A stretch of DNA of 61,845 nucleotides, filler included, from Choristocarpus tenellus KU-1152 (Eukaryota; Protista; Phaeophyceae): NCBI GenBank assembly GCA_964200185.2. It is 10 parts of 10 records of this genome, joined end to end, with 100 filler letters (N's around TTAATTAATTAA, not from the genome) between each part and the next. Parts side by side here need not be neighbours in the genome. Positions count along the whole stretch, not along the records: positions 8,598 to 12,452 come from CAXNAD020017550.1; positions 12,553 to 21,602 come from CAXNAD020004044.1; positions 21,703 to 24,532 come from CAXNAD020024366.1; 7 more parts are not named here. One strand, written 5' to 3'. Below are positions 12,023-21,787 of the stretch, piece by piece. The notes beneath the pieces were generated by a model. It made no database searches. It was not told the origin of the DNA and saw only the letters and a list, made by a program, of their open reading frames with translations. Made by a program: the position numbers and the translations under genes. Numbering within the stretch: position 1 is the stretch's first letter; every line of letters begins with the position of its first letter.

Positions 12023-12429
12023 TGACCTCGACCTGCTGTGAGAGGCACGACCCACTGCACTACCTCTGATACTAAATACTGACCAACTGTCACACTACGA
12101 CGGATTGGACCGCCTCAGTTCCTGCCTTGCTTGCTGCGTGATGGGCTCAGCGCTCCCACCACTTGCCACTGCGTCTCCTTCCATCGAAATCTTTCCGCAA
12201 CTCGACCCGCCCTGAAGCTCTTCCACCTTGATCTTGATCCGGTGCTTTGCAGTATGGCATAGAAGGGACAGTACAGGGTGTACGATCCGTTGCACTTGCC
12301 GTGTGGGATACAGTAAATGGCACCAGATTCTTGTGAAAATAAACCTCTGGCATTGAAGGGGCTTGAACCTCCCAAATTCGCGGGGATCGCACTGTCACCC
12401 TTAACCACTGTTATGGGGAGCTTCAAACA

Positions 12430-12452
12430 GACCCAAAGTATCTGGTGGGGGG
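12430..12452. mobile_element. MITE family C terminus at contig end
   Basis: gacccaaagtatctggtgggggg matches the family C TIR. Confidence 0.8.
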
Positions 12453-12552
12453 NNNNNNNNNNNNNNNNNNNNNNNNNNNNNNNNNNNNNNNNNNNNTTAA
12501 TTAATTAANNNNNNNNNNNNNNNNNNNNNNNNNNNNNNNNNNNNNNNNNNNN

Positions 12553-13673
12553 ATTGCAACATGCCATTTAGAGAATAGAAATGGAAAATCCTCTTCTCCA
12601 GAACCTGTGATCTTCAGACCAGTTGGGATTTCTGAAGTAGAAAATCTAAAACGATTCCCTTCTGACATTGGTTGAGGGTGCGAGGCATCGCTACTCTGTT
12701 CAGCAGGTCTTATGTAATTGAGGCCACTTCCCCGAACTTGAAGCTTCAACAGATCTTGAAGCCATTCAGGTGGCACAGTACTTGTTCTTGCACACTCGTT
12801 CACGTGGTGGGCAATGAACGCTGGAACAGCATTTCCGAGTTGAACCCGCGAAATGGCCACCTCACAAATAGTGGAACTTGGAGGCGGGACAGGATCGTCC
12901 TGAAAAAGGACTCAACGAGCGTCACAGTCACCCGAGCTGACACGATGCTCAATGGTTGACGACACGGTTTCTATCTGACGACGACAATCTGGGGAAGATG
13001 GGGGGGAAACACATCTACGGCTCACATTTCTTACATCAGTAGACTATGCAGACGATCGACTCTACGATCAGAATCATGGTTGGTTGAGGAATCCATGTCC
13101 TCTACTGATTCGTTTTCTTCGACTTTCTCCTCTGCTTCTCTCAATTATTTGAGGTGTTCAGCCAGACGTTCTTGTTCACATCGCTTCTTCTCGATCTTGC
13201 GTTTGGCATCCTGAATCAGTGGTCGAGCCAAAAATATCTATCACCTTAACTCTGAGTTCACCGGTGTGACCAATATGAATTGTGTGATTCTGTAGCGGCG
13301 TGGTTCCCTCAGGAAGGGTGGTGAAGAGAATCACACGGCAAGACGGACCGACGAACAAGGACGAACCGTAACTGAGAGGACAAGGTTATGATTGAGCAAG
13401 TGCAAAACTGAAAGGACTTGCAGGAAAAAGCGGGAAGCTGAGGAAGTGGGGAGGATCAAGATTCGGATGAGCTTCGAAAAAAGAAACCCTTCAGAGGTAG
13501 GAGATCCATCTTCAGAAAACCGGGCTCATAAAGAGACGTTGCGGGAAGACACGGAAATCTATCATATCCTCGACATAGTTGAACCGAAGTTTTCAGAACA
13601 CAACTTAAATTGGTACAACGGTATATGACATACGGCAATAACGGTATAACAGCAGACAAACATGCTTTCCACA
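12553..13673 (-). mobile_element. Ty3/Gypsy LTR retrotransposon 5' end (LTR 13274-13673, PBS-like site, start of gag-like ORF)
   Basis: The reverse complement begins TGTGGAAAGCATGTTTGTCTG like 21788 and ends ..attcata-t-TGGTCACACC (PBS-like). ORF 12553-12860 (NAVPAFIAHHVNECARTSTVPPEWLQDLLKLQVRG) is homologous to ORF 22244-22900. Confidence 0.82.
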
Positions 13674-13687
13674 CTCTCTCACATTAT

Positions 13688-13720
13688 ATTATTATGCCCT
13701 CTGACATTTTGGAGATGTGT
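13688..13720 (-). mobile_element. Isolated CRE-like 3' end next to the Gypsy LTR
   Basis: attattatgccctctgacattttggagatgtg is the same end motif as at 13998. Confidence 0.7.
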
Positions 13721-13997
13721 CTGTCTCTCTCACATTGATTTTTTCTTGCACCTCCCTAATAAATATCAATCGATCTATCTCAAAAATATCAAATCGGTTG
13801 GTATCGTTTCAACCATACCAAATATTAGTAGTATAACACACACACCACTATCGACTCTGTCAAAAGTACATGTTTTGTGCTGTTTCAAAACAAGTGGCTG
13901 AGTAACACCTTATCTCCCTCTCATCTATATAATGAACCATTGTTTCACTTGAAACATATTTTGCGTAAATCTACAACTCCACACATCTGATATAAAT

Positions 13998-16900
13998 ATG
14001 CCTTCTGACATTTTGCAGATGTGTCAAGGGAAAAACCAAGGAAAAACTATTCACATTTCATAAAAATCCCTAAGGAAGTAAATTTGTCACAAATGTGAAA
14101 AACAATGATCTATTTTTTTATTTCACTACTATCTATGTTGTACCACTGCCTTTCTGTGCCTCCAATCTGCCTATTCCTGCACCCCAGGGTGAGGAGCTAG
14201 GGAAGTATCCCAAGAATGCAACAAATCCCTCCTTGCCCATCTCCCTGGTGATCCCAGCTTGAAATGCATGACACGTCTAGACAGTGCCACCTGCGTAGTT
14301 ACTGAGACTATTTGACATAGGCGGGATTTGACCGCCCCTTTCCTTCCATAGCCTCCAGTCCCTCTCCGCTTGCTTGCTAAGGCACCCAAAACTTTCCACT
14401 GTAAATGCGTTGAGGTTATAACTACGAGGATCAAAAGAGCCCTCGTAGTGGGTGCTCTTTCGAGCCTCAGCTGCAACAGCAGCTACACCATTCCTGGCGG
14501 ATGAATGTGGAAGATGAGAGGTTGCCTGCACTTCTGCAAATGTAACATCTAGCAGGAGGTCTTTGTCCTGGGAGGGGGCTGTTCTGGTGTTCGTAAGTGC
14601 CCCTGCATGGAGGACTAGATCCATGCGGAACTTCCTGTGTACCATGAAGGGGCTGCCGTCCTCCGTAGTGCAAGGGATGCCCATTCCCTTGCATGGTTAG
14701 CTTAGGCGTTTCACCATGGGTGTGTGTTGTTGCACCTGACCTCCTGCCCTGGGCCAGGTACGGGCATGTTTGGTGTCGACATTTTTCCTCCTGCACCCAG
14801 TCACTGGGCACCTGTTTAACAGGGCTTCCTCCCTCTCTGGGGATCTGCTAGTGGTGAGTTCAAACTCTGCGAGGAGGATCTGGAATGCCGGCTCCAGGGG
14901 TTGTATTGAGGCCCATGCATTTGCCCCTTGTCCACACTGTCTCCGGTGACGTGTTAGGGCTAATGAGGAACTTTCCTTTCACTTGTTGCACTTCACTTGG
15001 TAGGCTGGCTAGTTGTGTCCGGAAGGAGTCAAAACGGATCCTGTTCAGGAGGCGTGTGATCTCCTGTTGAACCCTCCTTGTGATCCTGGCGGCATGAGCT
15101 GCCAGGATGTGGACCTCTGGGGCAGGTGTGGGGATGTTATTCCCCCCCAGGTTACCTAGTCTTGACCAGCGATATCTACTAGGTCTTCGGAAGGGACACC
15201 TGTAGAGAGAAGGGTGTGGATGGACTATACCAAGGCCTGGACTGTGGAGCTCACACAAACAGCTCGTGAGAAGGACTCCCCATGAGACCCTTGCTGCCTT
15301 GCTAGGAGGGTGGGGAGGGTGACCACTAGTGATCCTACGAATGCTGCATATTGGTGGTGTTTCATGGAGGAGAGGCCTAACTCCCCCACACTTGTCAGCA
15401 TCTGTGCCTGCTCTTGTTGGTGGGTCTCTAGGTGGAGAGACTCATTGATACATCCCCCCTCAAAAAGGTCTGTTGTTTCTGTCGAGTCTGCTACCTCCAT
15501 TATCTTCTCTAGTGTCCATAATGAGGTGTTGTCAGCTTGCATCATGGCGAAGCGTGCCAGGTGGGGGGGAGTGACCCTAGCAATATAGCCTAGGTGAGAG
15601 GAGAGGGGCCAGGAGTTGAGGAGCCAGGCCACCTGTTTGTCCTCCGTCTCGATGAGGTGTGTGGCCAAAGCTCGTGACCCGGAGCTCTTGATCACCTCAG
15701 TCATACGGGCTTGGACGAGTCCATCTGTTCCCACAGTGTAACAAACCGATTTGGGTTCTGGGCTAGGTTGATTCCTACAGTAGAAAGGGGCTCTACTTCT
15801 GAGGGTGTGGGTTGGTGACCCTGGGGAGGTGCGGCAAATGTCTTGTCCATATTTAGGGCAATACCCAACTCATGAAGGTCAGTTTTTTAACTGCTCGAAA
15901 GCAGCGATGGTGATGTGGCCAATCTCCCTTACTGAAATGGACGTGTCATCCAGATAGCTTCGAGAGGAAACCGCCTGGGGTACAAAGGCACTCTGGACCC
16001 ACTGTAAGGCTTTATGTGTGGCCATGCAATATAGGAGGGGGCCAAGGCTTGTTGTACCCCCGATCTTGATGATAGGATGTTCATCCCTCTCTCATCCAGG
16101 GGGGAAAGAAGACTAAGGGTGTCCCCATACACCTTGGAGACGTAGGGCAGGAGTCCCGGTAGAGTCTCTGGCAGAGCCTTTATGAATGCCTAGCGGCGTA
16201 CGATATTGAAAGCATTTCTTCCATCTAGACTCTGATGACCCGTTCTCCCCACTCATTTCTTAGGCGGATGTGTAGAAGGGCACGCTCTACCTTGTTCGAA
16301 GACCCCTACACCAAATTGTCCGATTACACCAAAGAATTCCTTTAGGTAGGGGCGCCAATCTGTACAGAAAGCTGAAGGACATGCCCTTCTGAAAAAAGAG
16401 CCACAGGCAACCGAGTGAGACTTTCCCTCAATTGCGGACAATCTGGAGTTTGTGTGAAGCGTCCAAAACTCCAGAGGTAAAGAGTCTGGAGAGGTGTAGG
16501 CTAGTTCCCAAAGCTTTGCAAACAACCGCCACTTTTTCGTGACCAGCATTGATCTGATGTGACTGGGGCGCATCCCATCGGGGCCTGGTGCTTAGTTACT
16601 GTTTGTCCTCATGAAAGCCATTCGGAGGGAGGTGGGGGTGTACTCCCCTTCAGGGGGGCAGTAGCTTTGTTCCCCAGATCTTGTATCCCCTTGTACCTGT
16701 TTGTTGCGTCTGTAATGGCCTGCCTATGCTCATCAGGATTCTCGCTTGGGTGCTTGGGGACCAGCACCCAGAAAGTCTCCTCCGTCCCTGGGGCTCTGGG
16801 TTGTGCTAGCAGGGCACTCACCCCCTTGGAGATGCCTCCATGGTGGTGACCCAGAGCTGCAGCACGTTCCTGGCGGGATTTGGGATCCTCTCCAGGTTTG

Positions 16901-17235
16901 CCTCCATTCGGTTTTCCGTCCGACTTTTGCCATCCTGCAAAAACGTAACCTGTCTGCCTATTCCCGAAACAGAGTTGTGTGCTCTGCTTATAGTTCTCCC
17001 TCACCCTTGCCTATCTTGTGGGTCGCCATCGCCATCCTCTGTCCCTTCCACTACCCCATCCTCGTGCGAGCCTGTGCGGTTCTCCGTCCGACCCTCTTCG
17101 TCCTGCAAAATCGAAACCTGTCCGCCTATTCCCGAAACCGAGTTGTATGCTCCACTTATGCTGCTTCCTTGCTCGTGCCTGTCTCCTGCACTGTCGTCGT
17201 CTCCCTCCATCACCTCCACCTCAAACACTCCACAC
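13998..17235 (-). mobile_element. CRE-clade non-LTR retrotransposon (RT + restriction-like endonuclease), frameshifted
   Basis: Minus-strand motifs occur in the expected order: SRLSAIEGKSHSVACGSFFRR, QFGVG, LDGRNAFN, SGVQQ, SYLDD (~15945-15960), a degenerate Zn-knuckle, then RLE motifs RMDLV..LLDVT..AEARKSTHY..FTVESFG (14277-14684). The 3' end has an AT-rich tail. Confidence 0.87.
16909..17165. repeat. ~90-bp direct repeat (168-bp period) in the 5' region of the CRE element
   Basis: cggttYtccgtccgac..aacctgtcYgcctattcccgaaacMgagttgtRtgctc occurs at 16909 and 17077. Confidence 0.85.
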
Positions 17236-17261
17236 ATATAATACATATTACTATATCATTA

Positions 17262-17501
17262 TTATTATGCCCCCTGACATTTTGCAGCTGTGGCAGGGAA
17301 AAATCAACAAAACTATTCACATGTCAGAATAAACCCTAAAAACGTAGTAGCAGTTGTTATAAATGTGAAAAACGTTAATCTATTCGCTATTTCACTACCT
17401 GTATACTGCATTGTTCCTTTCCTGTACCTCTAAGCTAGCTTAGTCCTGTGATCCAGGGTGAGGGGCTAGGGAGGCATCCCACGAATCTAACAAGACCCTC
17501 C
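17262..17501 (-). mobile_element. 5'-truncated CRE-like copy (3' ~240 bp)
   Basis: Aligns over its whole length with 13998-14232. Confidence 0.85.
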
Positions 17502-17799
17502 GGTGTATTATGTATATTATCATGCTCTTCAACGGTCCAAAATAATACTAATTTTTAAATTTTGATGGTGGTGGGTTGTTTTGAATGACGTTTGTGTGTT
17601 TGTAAAATTACCACACAAGTCACATACTGCAAACTACATGATTATTACCCAGCTTCCTTCTTTGTGCTTAGATTCACGAGAAATGCCTTCCAAGTTTTTA
17701 ACTACCACACCACCTACCATCTATTATGTACATGAAAACAAGATATTGACTATCACACCCACAAAAGCAAATGATAACTAAATCAAAGAAATCTTAAGC

Positions 17800-19300
17800 C
17801 AGCAGCAGGAACAACTGTAGAATAAATCTTTCTCAAAATGTTCACAATTTCTTTCCTACACAACTTTCTACATCATGACTTACCACCCATAATTCCTTCA
17901 ATGTCTTGTTGTTGCCATCATTGCCACTCACCAATAATGAGCACAGAGTTTCATACTACCAGTTGTAGGCTAAAACAACACATACCATTTACAGCAGTAC
18001 TTAAAACGGGCACAATTCCACTCACTTAGAGTACACAAACATGATGGATAATAACAGTAATCAATTGCAAAGGTGGAAAACTGTGACCTAACACTAGAAG
18101 GACACACACACGAGAGCATGTCAGAATAAACGTATTTTGAAAGCAAAACAGGTGAAGCGAAGTATAGAGATGGAGCTTGAAGCACTAGGCCTTTGTACAA
18201 CAATTCATTGCAACTATTACTTACTGCTAGTACATGTATGCAATGCTTTAAGTGGACCAAAGCAGTTCATCATGTCCAAATGGCAAATTAAGTTAAAATG
18301 TGATAGATGCAATCTCTCATGTTATGCATAGTACGAAAGTACATCGAAAAGAGGTGATGACATGCGTAAACCAAAATAGAGGGATATAGTCATCATGTAC
18401 ATGCATCTCAATATCATCCATGGAATGCATTCTCAGACCTACTGATTCGCCTCGCCATGATATTACATGGTGAAGCACCTTCCAGAAACGGACGCATCCC
18501 CACGATTTATTTTTATCCCCATCTAGAACCTCATCTGTGATACAGATGATTAATACCTCAAGAGTCATGGTGTATCCTCCTTTCTAATATACTCTTTCAT
18601 AACTCTATTATTAGTACATTTTTGTTCCAAGTTACGCATTGTTGACGTTCACAAAATTTGTTCCAGGTAGAGCCGAGGATATCGCATGATCACGCAAAAC
18701 TGGTTATTTTAGTAGGTGGGATTGGATGAAATTTACGATTTAACAGCGTTTTTGTGCACAAATATATAGCCACCCCGTCAAAAACGTTCCTATGACTAGG
18801 TACGTTTTGTAATGATTGCTGTGCTCCAAAGTCCATGACGCAATGGTATCTCTTGAAAAACTTATTTCTGTTGACGAAAATAGTAGAGACCATTCTTGTT
18901 CTTTCCAATTTCTTCAAACATCTACGGAGAGAGTACGGTAGGGGGGTGGTACGATGATAGCAACTCATACATACACTCACAATTTCATATCTTTACTTTT
19001 CCTCTGTACTATATTTCTACCACATGTCTAGGAGGTATTGTTAGTGATGGAATTCTCATCTAAGTCGCTCTACTAGTCGACTGGAAACAAAATTAGAATA
19101 TCAACATTTTTTTTTGTAACAGTTTATCCTGAGTTCTAAAAGAGCTTCACTTATTTGTTCTTTTTCATTTTTCATCAACAAAGAAATCAGGCGTTACTTG
19201 GACAGTATGACTAATGCAACTATCCCGAAAGTACAAGTCACACTGTGCTGCTGACTTAATCTAAACCCTTCCAAAAATGGTGTGTGAATCTGAAATGGCG
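17800..19300 (-). mobile_element. Decayed RTE-like LINE, RT domain
   Basis: Remnant RT motifs across frames: DFGAQQS (GFRPQRS), FWKVL..LRMHSMDD..WFTHV, SSPLFDVL (LSPLLFNI), YVYSD (LYADD). Boundaries approximate. Confidence 0.6.
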
Positions 19301-19853
19301 AGAATCCTTTGGTGCTTATGTACACTATAATAGTAGTAAAATATGATCGCATTAGTCCAAGTGGTTGCTGTTCAAGTACATGAATGCAACACCAAACAAC
19401 ACACAAGTAATGATAAAACAGCATTGAAGAGAAGCAAGACGATTGGAGTATTTAACAAGAATAAACAGCAGCACCAAGTAATTGGAAAACAACACCAACA
19501 TAATACTTGAGGGAGACTCAGATACGAACAGAACAAATCAGCAGAAAAGAAGAGATACAACAGAAACATAAAATAACAATCGGACGATATCAGTGTGGTA
19601 GTATGAATCTGTTTTTTCCTCCAATTCTTACGAACATGATGCATAACAATGATGTAGAGCAAACTGTCTTGGATCCATCCTACAATGCAAATATCTACTC
19701 TTTGTCAAATATTTTAATCATTTTGAACAAATTGTGGATGCACTCTATCAAAACCATTTTAGGGTGAAGAAGTTACCATCAGTCTTCATATATTTCATAC
19801 ATGTTTCCTTTACCTTCTACAAAAGAAGCCATTTTTTTTCTTATTAAAGACCT

Positions 19854-21138
19854 CTATGCCTTTGAAACATTTGGCACATTTGACGTGATGCTATCTAGTG
19901 CTTGACAAACTGCCACTTCTAGGCTCACCCCGTCCTCAACTATCAAGTTTCGCAAAACAGGGTAGCCCTCACACTCTGAGAAAACTATTGCTTTCTTGTG
20001 GTTCATACAGCATTTTCCCCACACTTGAACTTCTCGATGCCCTTCCTTCTCTTTTTGCGTTACCCATGTAACCACCGTTCTTCTAACACTTAATATACAC
20101 TGTGCACTTTTACCAACTTTAAGTTGTTGGCTGAACACAGAGCTCCCTGCATCAGTCCAATTTCCTTCCACATCTACTGCACTACCTTGAAAAGGGTTGA
20201 TGGATACCCCAATACGATTTGGCCTGAATCTCGACTCAGAACTATCCCTATACAAGACAGTCAAGTCTTGCTTCTCACCAGTTGCATTCTTAAAGCCATC
20301 GTTGACAAAAAGGAATCCATATTTTCTCCTATTCCATCTTATTTTCTCAATGTCCACAATCGCAACACCTTCCTCCTTGTTGATAGGCCTCGCAATAGTG
20401 AATTTAGTGAAGTGAGGTATTGACACTTGAAGAAAAAAGGTCGTCTCCACTTTCACAACTTCTGATTCATATGGACCCCACTCCGTACCACCCTCTTCAT
20501 GTATCCACACTCCAAATTCCTCCTTCAGGTACGTCTTGTAACCTTCCTCTTTATCCTCAACACGATTTTCATCATCTGACCCAGAAGTCATTCTCTCCTC
20601 ATCTCCAACAGGAAATCGCAGACGAAGAGGTGAGGAAAATTCTAAACCTTTCCTTACTAAACAGGTCACCACAGGATGCAGCAAGTATCGTTTCCCATCC
20701 AAGGTAGTCGTACTTGATGACATGGTCACCAGTGCAGGAATATCATCCACTACCGAAGTAACCCTACCCATCTCTGAATCAACCACTGACAAAGGTGAAG
20801 GAACCTCCAGCTCAAAGTCAGGAGCCCCCAAAGTCTCACCGTCTGTTCCTAGTTTCCATGCCACCACTTTCCCAGTGACACCTGCCCATGTATAATGAAT
20901 GATATGAGAACCAAACACATGCATCATATCATATTGCCATCATATTCCTCCATGTAACATTTTACCACATACTAAAATGAATCACTGACACCAACATTTA
21001 CATCACAGATTGGATGGTCAAACTAACAGAGTTATAAGGACAAACCTGCCAGTCGTGACTTTGGTTCCAAGTCCTGCGATGATGTCACTGCTCCATAATT
21101 CTCACCCTTCCTTCCCTTTATCAGGTGTAAGTCCAACC
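19854..21138 (-). CDS. Last two exons (21138-21046, 20881-19854) of a gene encoding a ZU5-like domain plus a downstream beta-rich domain; 5' part off-contig
   Basis: Intact 1028-bp terminal exon with phase-compatible GT-AG splicing to a 93-bp exon. The motifs LLHPVVTC..LEFSSPLRLRFP..W...SIPHFTKFTIA resemble ZU5 (LSPVV.C....F..PV.L..P ... HFS.F). Confidence 0.75.
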
Positions 21139-21575
21139 CTGCACGTTACATGCCAAACATAGAAAGGCAACAACTGTCCTTTGAATGCCCAAGCTTTGTT
21201 ACACCAGTTTGATGGGGTTTTTTATATTTCATACACACTGCAACAAGCTACAAACAAACGACTAAATCTTAAATGTGTAACTAAGCATTAAACAAAGTGA
21301 AGACAACAATTGCATCCGCACATTAGGAATTTGATCACAGTTTATTGCAAATTGTCAGGCTCAAAACAGTGAAGGTAAGAAAGCTCAAATATCTTGATAA
21401 TCACAGGCCTGACAGTATCATGATAAAAACGTTTCACAATGCAAACGCAAAATATATGAGATTGTTGAAAGTATCACCTTTACCCACAAAACCAAAATTA
21501 GATAAACCCAAACACTAAAACATGTCCTTTTGTTAACATCAAAAACAAGCCAAAAAGGTTTATGTTCAAGGTTGA

Positions 21576-21602
21576 GGGTCGAAGTATCTGGGGGGAGGGG
21601 GG
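21576..21602. mobile_element. MITE family C terminus at contig end
   Basis: gggtcgaagtatctggggggagggggg matches the family C TIR. Confidence 0.7.
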
Positions 21603-21702
21603 NNNNNNNNNNNNNNNNNNNNNNNNNNNNNNNNNNNNNNNNNNNNTTAATTAATTAANNNNNNNNNNNNNNNNNNNNNNNNNNNNNNNNNNNNNNNNNN
21701 NN

Positions 21703-21755
21703 CTGTCTCGTGTGCCGTCGTCGCCTTCCTCCATCACCTCCACAACCCCATCCCC
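21703..21755 (-). mobile_element. Fragment homologous to the 5' region of the CRE element
   Basis: ctgtctcgtgtgccgtcgtcgccttcctccatcacctccac matches 17179-17219 (VEVMEEGDDG vs VEVMEGDDDS). Confidence 0.65.
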
Positions 21756-21787
21756 AAATATATCATAGGGTATAATAATAAAAATAC

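Larger units (their letters stand above)
9770..12429 (-). mobile_element. Decayed RTE-like LINE fragments hosting MITE A and MITE B insertions
   Basis: Residual similarity to RTE ORF segments (IGIGLAAKG; KVFQDP..; ..DSSRL..) and shared DNA with 50270-51200. Many stops and frameshifts. Confidence 0.45.

Noticed and set aside
13998-17501. ~240-bp direct repeats flanking the RT element as LTRs
   Set aside because: The repeats are diverged, lack TG..CA ends, overlap the end of the RLE coding region and also occur alone elsewhere. They are 3' ends of separate non-LTR insertions.
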